A stretch of DNA of 32,000 nucleotides from an uncultured archaeon (GTDB lineage: Archaea; Micrarchaeota; Micrarchaeia; Micrarchaeales; CABMGC01): assembly GCA_963704435.1 (NCBI GenBank), contig OY969902.1:750001-782000 (forward strand), read 5' to 3'. A program made the position numbers and the translations under genes. A model generated the notes under the pieces. It saw only the letters and a list, made by a program, of their open reading frames with translations. It had not been told where the DNA came from and made no database searches. Shown piece after piece: positions 24,336-32,000 of the stretch (its first letter is position 1; each line of letters begins with the position of its first letter).

Positions 24336-25391
24336 ATGGAGAAGGACGAGGAATCCGAAAGGGGAGCCGTGAATTACAAGTACCTGGTCATACTGCTTGG
24401 CCTCGCTACTACCGTGCTGGCCGCGGCATCCGTCTACATGATGGAAGTGCTGGCACTGAGATACGGCAGCCTTGCCGGAGTGACTAGCGTCATCACTGCT
24501 GGGGCGTTCAACCAGACCGTGACTGCCAACCTCACGACGGCCCTGACGCAGGCCAACTACACCATGACCTCGCTGCACGACTCGATCAGGGAAGTCTACA
24601 TAATATTCCTCATATCGCTGGGCATGCTGGGCGCGTCGTTCGTGCTGTACACCAGCAGGAGCGCGCGGTTCGGTGCTGCCACCAGGAGATACACGCTGAT
24701 GCACGCCACGCTGGCCGTGATATATGTGGCGCTGTTCTTCATTGTCTTCTCCACCAACTACCAGATCAACTTCGACAGGACATATTTCATACTCGTCTAC
24801 TTCGCGGTGGGCGCCGTGCTGGCAATAGACGCGTACCTTGAGTTCGGCGTGCACGTACGCCGGCCCAAGCAGGCCAGGAGGAAGGGCACGGTCAGGATAG
24901 AGCCCGGCACCCCCTATACCAACCTGATAAACCTCAGGGAGGGGATATTCTCCAAGCTTAACGGCAATGTGAGGATAGTAGACAAGCACTTCAACTCCAT
25001 GGCGATATCCAACCTGCACAGGCTGTTCGAGAGCAACCTGCATGGCGTGAAGAGGATAGATATCCTGACCTCGAGGGAGATGTTCGACTCCAGTTTCCTG
25101 GACAACTACAACGACTTCAAGAAGGAGCTCGGCAATGCAGGGGTCGAGCTCAACTTCATGCTGATGGACGACGCAGACAGCGCCTCGCAGCACGAGAGGT
25201 TCGTATTCGACGACGTGACCGCGTACAAGATACCGCCGCTTAACATCATAAACAAGAAGAGCGAGCACATAGTCAGCTTCAACGTGCGGGACGCGAAGAG
25301 CAGGTTCGAGCAGCTGGCGAAGGGCGCGATAAAATACGAGAACTACCTGGTGAAGCGGGCCAGGGAGCAGAAACCGCAGGGCGAAGCATGA
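24336..25391 (+). CDS. Hypothetical membrane protein (several TM segments) with cytoplasmic C-terminal domain
   Basis: TM helices YLVILLGLATTVLAAASVYM, VYIIFLISLGMLGASFVLY, TLMHATLAVIYVALFFIVF, YFILVYFAVGAVLAIDAYL, then a soluble C-terminal domain. Overlaps the next gene by 4 bp. Confidence 0.75.
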   Translation: MEKDEESERGAVNYKYLVILLGLATTVLAAASVYMMEVLALRYGSLAGVTSVITAGAFNQTVTANLTTALTQANYTMTSLHDSIREVYIIFLISLGMLGASFVLYTSRSARFGAATRRYTLMHATLAVIYVALFFIVFSTNYQINFDRTYFILVYFAVGAVLAIDAYLEFGVHVRRPKQARRKGTVRIEPGTPYTNLINLREGIFSKLNGNVRIVDKHFNSMAISNLHRLFESNLHGVKRIDILTSREMFDSSFLDNYNDFKKELGNAGVELNFMLMDDADSASQHERFVFDDVTAYKIPPLNIINKKSEHIVSFNVRDAKSRFEQLAKGAIKYENYLVKRAREQKPQGEA

Positions 25392-25666
25392 AGGCGACCA
25401 ACATATACAAGGCGGAGAAGGGTCTCATCAGGGTGAACGCTGAGCTACAGAACGGAATCATCGCGGAGATAAGGATAACTGGGGACTTCTTCATGCTGCC
25501 AGAGAGCTCAGTGCTCCTGCTCGAGAGACTGCTGAAGGGGAGGGCCTTCGATGAAGCGGCCATATCCGACGCGCTCGACGCGTTCTATGCTTCAGGGGTC
25601 GACACTCCCTGCGTGACAAAGGGGGATTTCCTGGCAGCCATAATAGGTGTAAAGAATGAAGTTTAG
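25388..25666 (+). CDS. lplB: Lipoate-protein ligase accessory subunit (LplA C-terminal-domain-like, LplB of two-subunit ligases)
   Basis: GLIRVNAELQNGIIAEIRITGDFFMLPESSVLLLERLLKGRAFDEAAISDALDAFYA. Directly upstream of and overlapping lplA. Confidence 0.82.
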   Translation: MKATNIYKAEKGLIRVNAELQNGIIAEIRITGDFFMLPESSVLLLERLLKGRAFDEAAISDALDAFYASGVDTPCVTKGDFLAAIIGVKNEV

Positions 25667-26435
25667 GCTCATAAGTAAGGATTATCCCGATGATCCCTAC
25701 ATGAACATCGCGCTCGACGAGGCGATATTCACGGAAGTTATGAAGGGCAGGTCCCCGCCGACGTTCAGGTTCTACAGGAACGCGAACGCCGTGATACTCG
25801 GGTGCTTCCAGACCGCGGAAGAGGAAGTGGACATGGAATACGCGAGGGCCAACGGTATAAAGGTAGTGAAGAGGATAACTGGAGGGGGTGCGGTCTACCA
25901 TGACCTCGGGAACCTCAACTACTCCGTGATCACGAAGGACTTTTTCGGGATCGGCATGAACGTGCAGAAGCTCTTCTCTGCGATGATGCGCGGCGCCGTC
26001 CTGGCTTTCGGGAGCATCGGCATAGAGGCCGAGGAGGGAAGGCTCAACGACGTGAGCGTTGGGGGGAAGAAGATACTGGGGGCCGCCGCGACCATAGACT
26101 CCGGCGCGCTGCTGTTCCATGCGGCGGTGCTGGTGGACACCGACCTGAACAAACTGGCGAGCGTACTGAAGGTACCTGGGGCGAAGCTGAAGGACAAGGG
26201 CATAATGACGATCCTTGAGAGGGTCACCAACGTGAAAGCGATAAGCGGAAAGACGATCGAAGATGTGAGAGAATCCCTCGTTGGAGGATACGCCGCGTCC
26301 TTGGGATTGGAATACGAAGAAGGAGAACTCACCGATTCCGAAACGGAACTTCTGAAAGAACTTTACGACAAGAAGTTCTCCCAGCCAGAATGGAATTTAG
26401 GCAGGGAGATACTCGAAGTGGATGGCCATAAGTAG
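25656..26435 (+). CDS. lplA: Lipoate-protein ligase A, catalytic subunit
   Basis: DPYMNIALDEAIF, PPTFRFYRNANAVILGCFQ, VVKRITGGGAVYHDLGNLNYSVIT, GRLNDVSVGGKKILGAA. Confidence 0.93.
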   Translation: MKFRLISKDYPDDPYMNIALDEAIFTEVMKGRSPPTFRFYRNANAVILGCFQTAEEEVDMEYARANGIKVVKRITGGGAVYHDLGNLNYSVITKDFFGIGMNVQKLFSAMMRGAVLAFGSIGIEAEEGRLNDVSVGGKKILGAAATIDSGALLFHAAVLVDTDLNKLASVLKVPGAKLKDKGIMTILERVTNVKAISGKTIEDVRESLVGGYAASLGLEYEEGELTDSETELLKELYDKKFSQPEWNLGREILEVDGHK

Positions 26436-26446
26436 AACCTTATTTG

Positions 26447-27817
26447 CTACTTTTGAGCCTTGCCATAGAAGAAGTCAATCGGCCTCCCGAGCGCCGCCTC
26501 CGCCGCCTCCTGGAGCGCCTCGCTGTAAGTTGGGTGCGGATGTATTGAATCTGCTATGTCCTCCAGCGTCGCGCCCATCTCTATCGCGACCACCGCCTCG
26601 CCTATCATGGCGTTGGCGTCGTCCGACACGATCTCGACGCCCTTGATCAGGTTGCTCTCGTCGTACGCGATTTTCACGAAGCCGTCCGTCGCGTCCAGGG
26701 CTATCGCCCTCCCAGAAGCGGTCATCGGGAACTTCGTGACGCTTATCCCTTCCCCATCCAGCGTGCCAGCAACCGCGACCTCCGGGTCGCAGAACACCAC
26801 CGCTGGGACCACTATGTTGTCATAGCTTGAGTTGAGGCCGGATGCCACCTCCGCGGCGACGATTCCCTGCCGCATCGCCTTGTGGGCCAGCAGCGGCTCC
26901 CCGATCACGTCGCCAACCGCGAGTATGTTCGGATCCGCAGTAGTCAGCGCGTTATCCACTTCCACGAATCCCTTATCATCGGCCTTCACTCCTGTGTTCT
27001 CAAGGCCGAGGCCTTCGGTGAACGGGGAAAGGCCCACCGCGACTACGATGAGCTCTGCGCTCAGCGCCTTCCCGTCGCTGAGCACTACGGAATTGCCGCT
27101 GTGCGAGACCGGATTCACTCCTGTGTGGATCTCGATCCCCAGGACCTCCATCCTTTTCTTTATCAGCTCGACCGCGTCCCTGTCGAACCTAGACAGGACG
27201 TCGGACCTCGCCACTATGTGGACCTTCGTGCCAAGCTTTGCGTAGAGAGTGCCTATCTCAACGGACACGTAGCCCGCGCCGAGCACTATCATGCTCTCGG
27301 GTATCTTGTCCAGCATGAGCGCCTGCTTGTAATCGATGATGCTTCCCCCGAACTCGAAGCCCTTGAGCACCGTCGGCTCGGATCCGGTCGCGATTATCGC
27401 CTTCTTGAACTTGAGCGAGGTGCCGTTGGTGAGCTGCAGGGTGTTGGAGTTGAGGAAGGTCGCCTGGCCCTTTATCATCTCTACGCCGTTCGACTTGCAA
27501 AGGAATTCCACTCCCTGCTCGAGCTTCTTGGACACGCCCATGCGCCAGTCGTACATCTTGCCTGCGTCGAGGGACACGCCATTGGCCATTATGCCGAACT
27601 TCTCCGCGTGCCGTATCTCGTAGAGCATGTCGGATATCTTTATGAGCGTCTTGGAAGGGATGCACGCGTAGTTGAGGCAGTGGCCGCCCATCTTCTCCTT
27701 CTCCACGATCGCCACGCTCATGCCGAGCTGCGCTGCCCGTATGGCCGCGAAGTAGCCCCCGACGCCTCCGCCCACGACCGCCAGGTCTACCTCTTCAGGC
27801 AGCGAACCCATCACCAC
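26447..27817 (-). CDS. lpdA: Dihydrolipoyl dehydrogenase (E3)
   Basis: GGGVGGYFAAIRAAQLG, GGHCLNYACIPSKTLI (CxxxxC), ITGS-type NAD site SMIVLGAGYVSVEIGTLYAKLG, and C-terminal AIEMGATLEDIADSIHPHPTYSEALQEAA. Confidence 0.95.
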   Translation of the reverse strand: MVMGSLPEEVDLAVVGGGVGGYFAAIRAAQLGMSVAIVEKEKMGGHCLNYACIPSKTLIKISDMLYEIRHAEKFGIMANGVSLDAGKMYDWRMGVSKKLEQGVEFLCKSNGVEMIKGQATFLNSNTLQLTNGTSLKFKKAIIATGSEPTVLKGFEFGGSIIDYKQALMLDKIPESMIVLGAGYVSVEIGTLYAKLGTKVHIVARSDVLSRFDRDAVELIKKRMEVLGIEIHTGVNPVSHSGNSVVLSDGKALSAELIVVAVGLSPFTEGLGLENTGVKADDKGFVEVDNALTTADPNILAVGDVIGEPLLAHKAMRQGIVAAEVASGLNSSYDNIVVPAVVFCDPEVAVAGTLDGEGISVTKFPMTASGRAIALDATDGFVKIAYDESNLIKGVEIVSDDANAMIGEAVVAIEMGATLEDIADSIHPHPTYSEALQEAAEAALGRPIDFFYGKAQK

Positions 27818-27821
27818 GCAT

Positions 27822-29036
27822 TCACCCGATCATCTCAAGGAAATCAGGGTCCTCGAGATATTTCATTATTGCGTTCGCGAACTTAACCGCCTCGGCCCCG
27901 TCCACCACCCGGTGGTCGAACGACAGCGATATCGGAAGCATCTTTCCGAACTTCAGCTGGGCGTCCTCCGCGAACGGCCAGTCCCGTATCATATGCACCC
28001 CGAGTATCGCGACCTCCGGCGGGTTTATCATCGGAACCGACAGGAATCCGCCGCCCAGGCTGCCCACGTTCGTTATAGTGAACGTGCTGTCGCGCATATC
28101 GTCTATCGATATGGTCTCGTCCAGGACGCGCTTGTGCAGCTCGAGTATCTCCTGCGAGAGCTTGAGCACGCTCTTCCTGTCCGCGCCCTTTATCACGACG
28201 ACCTTGAGGCCGTCCGGCGCCTCGGCCGCCAGGCCTATGTTGTAGTACTTCTTCAGGACTATCTCCTGCGTGTCGTGGTCGTAGCTGGAGTTGAACTTCG
28301 GGTTCTCCTTCAGCGCGGCCACAGTCGCCTTGATTATGAACGGCAGGAACGTGAGCTTCGAGCCGAGCTTCTCGAAGTTCGGCTTCTCCCTCGCCACCAC
28401 GTTGTACAGGTTCGTCGCGTTGATCAGGTCCATGTGGACCGCCCTCGGTATTGCGGCAGAAATCTCCATGTTCCTGGCTATGGCCTTCCGGGTCTGCGAC
28501 ATCGGGACCCGCTCCACTTCCTCGTTGTGCTGCTCCTCAAGCACCTCAGAGAACTTCGGGATTGGCTTAGGCTGCTGGGGCTTCGCGGCGCTCCTTATAT
28601 CCGCGTCGAGCACCCTGCCTTCTGGTCCTGTCCCGGCGACCTTGGATATGTCGATTCCCATATCCCTAGCCAGCTTCCTGACCGCCGGGGTCGCTATGAG
28701 CTCCCGCGTCGCGGTAGGCGCCATGACCACCCGCGTCACTGGCGTGGGAGCCTCCTTCGTCTCCTGCTTTGGCGCGGCCTGCGCCTTGGCTGCGCTCACC
28801 TCTTCGGACGTGCCTATGAACGCTATTGTGTCCCCTAGATGAACGTCTGTGTTCTCAGCTACGTTCTGGCGTATGGTCCCTGTTATCGGTGATGGCACGT
28901 TCACGACCGCCTTATCTGTCTCCACCTTCACGACCGGCTGGTCCTCCTTTACCTGGTCGCCATCGTTGACGAGCCACTTCCTCACGTGTCCCTCAGTTAT
29001 GCCCTCGCCGACGTCTATGAATTTAATCTCCTTCAT
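27822..29036 (-). CDS. 2-oxoacid dehydrogenase acyltransferase (E2), single lipoyl domain
   Basis: Lipoyl motif VVKVETDKAVVNVPSPITG; peripheral-subunit-binding domain ATPAVRKLARDMGIDISKVAGTGPEGRVLDAD; catalytic LSFDHRVVDGAEAVKF. Confidence 0.95.
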   Translation of the reverse strand: MKEIKFIDVGEGITEGHVRKWLVNDGDQVKEDQPVVKVETDKAVVNVPSPITGTIRQNVAENTDVHLGDTIAFIGTSEEVSAAKAQAAPKQETKEAPTPVTRVVMAPTATRELIATPAVRKLARDMGIDISKVAGTGPEGRVLDADIRSAAKPQQPKPIPKFSEVLEEQHNEEVERVPMSQTRKAIARNMEISAAIPRAVHMDLINATNLYNVVAREKPNFEKLGSKLTFLPFIIKATVAALKENPKFNSSYDHDTQEIVLKKYYNIGLAAEAPDGLKVVVIKGADRKSVLKLSQEILELHKRVLDETISIDDMRDSTFTITNVGSLGGGFLSVPMINPPEVAILGVHMIRDWPFAEDAQLKFGKMLPISLSFDHRVVDGAEAVKFANAIMKYLEDPDFLEMIG

Positions 29037-29040
29037 TGGA

Positions 29041-30006
29041 TCACGAACCCATCACTCTGTCTATAGCGGCCGCTATCTTCTTCGCATTCGGTATATAGAA
29101 GTTCTCGTAGCCAGGGAACGGGTAGGGCAGGCTCGGCGATGCGACCCTGACGATTGGAGCCGAGAGATCGTATATCGCCTTGTCTGCGATCCTCGCCGCG
29201 ATTTCGGCGCCCACGCCGAAGCTGAGGGGGGCCTCGTGAGCGATTACCACTCTTCCCGTCCTCTTCACGCTGTTGATTATCGTTCCCTCATCCAATGGGC
29301 TTATCGTCCTGAGGTCTATTATCTCGGCGTCGACCTTCTTCTCTTCCACGACTTCCGAGACGATCTGCGTCATCGTGCCGTATGTAACTATCGTCAGCGC
29401 GCTTCCCGACCTCACGACATTCGCCTTCCCTATCGGCACCTCGTACGCGTCCTCTGGCACCTCTTGCTTGAACAGCCTGTACAGCTTCGTGGGCTCAAGG
29501 AATATGACAGGGTCGCTCCCCCTCGTTGCCCTGATTAGCAGGCCCTTCGCATCGTAGGGATTCGACGGCTCTATGACTATGAGCCCGCCGGGGTGGGCGT
29601 AGAGCGCCTCCGGGTTCTCTGAGTGGTGCTCGAGCGACCTGACGCCGCCGCTGACCGGCATGCGGACAACCATCGGCACCGTGAACTCTGACCGCGACCT
29701 TGAGCGGTATCTCGCGGCATGGCTGACAATCTGGTCGAACGCAGGATATGAGAAGCCGGCGAACTGTATCTCGGCTATAGGATGCATGCCCTGCATCGCC
29801 ATGCCTATCGCAGCGCCGACTATCCCCGACTCGGATAGCGGCGTGTCGAACACCCTCTTCTCCCCGAACTTAGCCTGCAGGCCATCGGTGACCCTGAAGA
29901 CGCCGCCGTCCTTCCCGACGTCCTCGCCCATCACCACCGCCTTCTCGTTCTCGCGGAGTATGATGTCCAGTGCGTTGTTGAGCGCGGAGACCATGTTCAT
30001 CTGCAT
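29041..30006 (-). CDS. 2-oxoacid dehydrogenase E1 component, beta subunit
   Basis: VMGEDVGKDGGVFRVTDGLQAKFGEKRVFDTPLSESGIVGAAIGMAMQGMHPIAEIQFAGFSYPAFDQIVSHAAR. Confidence 0.95.
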   Translation of the reverse strand: MQMNMVSALNNALDIILRENEKAVVMGEDVGKDGGVFRVTDGLQAKFGEKRVFDTPLSESGIVGAAIGMAMQGMHPIAEIQFAGFSYPAFDQIVSHAARYRSRSRSEFTVPMVVRMPVSGGVRSLEHHSENPEALYAHPGGLIVIEPSNPYDAKGLLIRATRGSDPVIFLEPTKLYRLFKQEVPEDAYEVPIGKANVVRSGSALTIVTYGTMTQIVSEVVEEKKVDAEIIDLRTISPLDEGTIINSVKRTGRVVIAHEAPLSFGVGAEIAARIADKAIYDLSAPIVRVASPSLPYPFPGYENFYIPNAKKIAAAIDRVMGS

Positions 30007-30014
30007 AGCATCAC

Positions 30015-31109
30015 CTATTGCCAGAAGTCCGATGACATCGCGTCATCGAGCTCACTCTTCAGGATATCTGGCATGTAGCCGTAGACGTTCTCGTACATTG
30101 ACCTCGGGTCCGGCTTGAACTCCTTGGCCTTCTCGACCGCCTCGTCTATCTTGGCCAGCTGCTCCTCAGCCATCTTCTTCTCAGAATCATCATTCCAGAG
30201 TCCCTTCCCAACGAGATACTTCCTAAGACGGTCTATCGGGTCCTTCTTGGCCCATTCAGCGACCTCGGCGTCTTCCCTGTACCTCGTCGGGTCGTCTGCA
30301 GTTGTATGCATGCTCATCCTGTAAGTCACGCACTCTATCAGCGTAGGCCCGTCCTTGGCATTCTCTATCGCCTCTTTTGTCGCCTTGTATACCGCTATCA
30401 CGTCGTTGCCGTCGACCTGTATGCACCTTATCCCGGCTGCGATGCCCTTCTGCGCTAGCGTCGCGGCAGCCGTCTGCCTGCTCCGCGGCACGGATATCGC
30501 CCACTGGTTGTTCTCTATTATCGTGACGAGCGGCACCTTCCACACGCCAGCGAAGTTGAGCGCCTCGTAGAAATCGCCCTCAGAAGTTCCGCCGTCACCC
30601 ACATAGGCGACGACCGCGGAATCCTCCCCGGCGTACTTCATCGCGAATGCCATCCCTGTGGCGTGCGGCATCTGCGTGGATACGGGCACGCATACGCACG
30701 TCCCGTTAACGTCTTCGGGGCATCTGCTGCCGTCTTCGAACCCGCGCCAGTATATGAAGAAATTTTCGAGCGGGAAACCGCGGACCAGGAAGACGCCGTG
30801 CTGCCTGAAGTTCGGGACGAAGAAGTCCTGTTTCCTCATGGCGAGCGCGCTCCCTATCTGGGTGGCCTCCTCGCCCACCAGCGGCGCATACGTTACAGCT
30901 ATGCCCTGCCGCTGCAGGCTGAGCGCCTTGGCGTCCAGCGCCCTTGCAAACAGCATGTACTTCAGCATCTCAGTGAGCTTCGCGTCGTCCAGCTCCTTCG
31001 GAATGAGCGAGACGTTGGGAGTGCCGTTCTCGTCCAGCACCTGGAGATAGTCTATCGATCCCTCAAAGGCCTTGCCTGCCAGCGAAACACCGATTAGCAA
31101 TTGCAACAA
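30015..31109 (-). CDS. 2-oxoacid dehydrogenase E1 component, alpha subunit
   Basis: TPP-binding GDGGTSEGDFYEALNFAGVWKVPLVTIIENNQWAIS; RTYR-equivalent TYRMSMHTTADDPTRYR. Start codon uncertain (track start is TTG). Confidence 0.94.
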   Translation of the reverse strand: MLQLLIGVSLAGKAFEGSIDYLQVLDENGTPNVSLIPKELDDAKLTEMLKYMLFARALDAKALSLQRQGIAVTYAPLVGEEATQIGSALAMRKQDFFVPNFRQHGVFLVRGFPLENFFIYWRGFEDGSRCPEDVNGTCVCVPVSTQMPHATGMAFAMKYAGEDSAVVAYVGDGGTSEGDFYEALNFAGVWKVPLVTIIENNQWAISVPRSRQTAAATLAQKGIAAGIRCIQVDGNDVIAVYKATKEAIENAKDGPTLIECVTYRMSMHTTADDPTRYREDAEVAEWAKKDPIDRLRKYLVGKGLWNDDSEKKMAEEQLAKIDEAVEKAKEFKPDPRSMYENVYGYMPDILKSELDDAMSSDFWQ

Positions 31110-31187
31110 AGGGATATATTGATTACTGTGAAGCCAGATCTGCGCCCAGAATAACTGTTATTTAATAACGATATGTAATATCCTTCC

Positions 31188-31745
31188 ATGAAAGGAAGCA
31201 AACTTCCCGAATCTGATCTTGAGGTAAGGCCTTCCAAGATATCTGGCAAAGGTATTTTTGCAAAAGTCGATATCAAAAAGGGTCAAACGATTTGCTTTCT
31301 TTCGGGCGAAAGAATATCTTTTGAAGAGGCAATAAAAAGGGGAAACGCTGGGACCGAAAATTTATCCGATTCATTACAAGTAGGCGAAGAGGAGTATATC
31401 GACCTTGACGAATTCTCAAGAATATTTAACCATTCTTGCAATCCAAATTCTTTTATTAGAGGCCAGAGTGAATTAATCGCCCTTAGAGATATAAAACGCA
31501 ACGAAGAGATAACTTACGATTATTCATCTACGATGGACGACAATTATAGGAACGCATCTAGAAGCATATGGACAAATAACTGCAATTGCGGCGCTAAGAA
31601 TTGCAGAAAGTCGATAGATCAATTCAGGGAACTGCCTAGAAAGATACAGGACTTTTATTTAAAGAATAGATACGCGCCCGACTTTATTCTAAGAAAGTTC
31701 AGGCTCAGCCCCCGCCGCTCTCGTATGAACGCATCATGCGGTTGA
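31188..31745 (+). CDS. SET-domain (protein lysine methyltransferase-like) protein
   Basis: SKISGKGIFAKVDIKKGQTI, SRIFNHSCNPNSFI, RNEEITYDYSS, and post-SET-like NCNCGAKNCRKSI. Confidence 0.88.
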   Translation: MKGSKLPESDLEVRPSKISGKGIFAKVDIKKGQTICFLSGERISFEEAIKRGNAGTENLSDSLQVGEEEYIDLDEFSRIFNHSCNPNSFIRGQSELIALRDIKRNEEITYDYSSTMDDNYRNASRSIWTNNCNCGAKNCRKSIDQFRELPRKIQDFYLKNRYAPDFILRKFRLSPRRSRMNASCG

Positions 31746-32000
31746 ACAGCTTGTAGAACGCATATATGAAGAACACCGACAGCGCGAGCAGAGCCACATA
31801 CACCTCAGGGGTAACGTTTCCGAGCAGCACCTGCAGCGGGTAGTAACCCGCTATGCCTATCGGAACGAAGAGCGTGAAGAACAGCTGGGCTATCCCGCCG
31901 TATATCGTGAGGGGGTAGGCAGTCAGCGTATCCATCGTGCCCGTGGCCTGGTTGATGAAGCTGCCGCTCTTCATCAATTTGTAGGACAGCACTGCCAGGG
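31705..32000 (-). CDS. ABC-2-type permease-like membrane protein, C-terminal part (N-terminus beyond window)
   Basis: Frame stays open to the window edge. LTAYPLTIYGGIAQLFFTLFVPIGIAGYYPLQVLLG...LFIYAFYKLFNRMMRSYESGGG resembles PF06182-type ABC-2 permeases. Confidence 0.65.
   Translation of the reverse strand, partial: LAVLSYKLMKSGSFINQATGTMDTLTAYPLTIYGGIAQLFFTLFVPIGIAGYYPLQVLLGNVTPEVYVALLALSVFFIYAFYKLFNRMMRSYESGGG

Noticed and set aside
26882-27886. 334-aa plus-strand ORF
   Set aside because: Entirely antisense to dihydrolipoyl dehydrogenase. His/Arg/Leu-rich shadow translation with no motif.
27912-28838. 308-aa plus-strand ORF
   Set aside because: Antisense to the E2 acyltransferase, which has lipoyl, PSBD and catalytic motifs.
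1-32000. Search for CRISPR arrays, rRNA genes, or novel defence/phage modules
   Set aside because: No regularly spaced short repeats, rRNA-like sequence, capsid/terminase/integrase genes or defence gene clusters could be recognised by reading. Only the two IS types and the isolated Fic and SET genes are accessory.

Overview
The window is a compact, gene-dense stretch of what reads as an archaeal chromosome. The lineage is my inference, from Sec61-beta, Alba, DGGGP-synthase-like UbiA, an endonuclease-Q-like protein, a COG1750-like protease, TATA-type promoters and a BHB-type tRNA intron. The gene content is mostly housekeeping: a DAC-domain (diadenylate cyclase-like) protein, MTA phosphorylase, NAD(P)HX repair enzyme, argS, nth plus endonuclease Q, UbiA, AMMECR1, thioredoxin reductase, an MBL-fold nuclease, two-subunit lipoate ligase, and a complete E1alpha-E1beta-E2-E3 2-oxoacid dehydrogenase cluster. 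Accessory elements are two apparently identical, inverted 1059-bp IS5-like insertion sequences with flanking direct repeats, one IS200-like tnpA element with end hairpins, a Fic protein and an AT-richer SET-domain gene. The most notable non-ORF signals are: (1) a tRNA-Arg(CCT) interrupted by a 38-nt non-canonical intron in the T-loop with a near-canonical bulge-helix-bulge; (2) a 50-aa Sec61-beta gene absent from the supplied ORF track; (3) IS insertion exactly across a stop codon that is regenerated by the 8-bp target duplication; (4) IS insertion 10 bp upstream of a DUF192 gene, in a divergent promoter region. I found no CRISPR array, and no convincing previously undescribed defence or multi-gene system.
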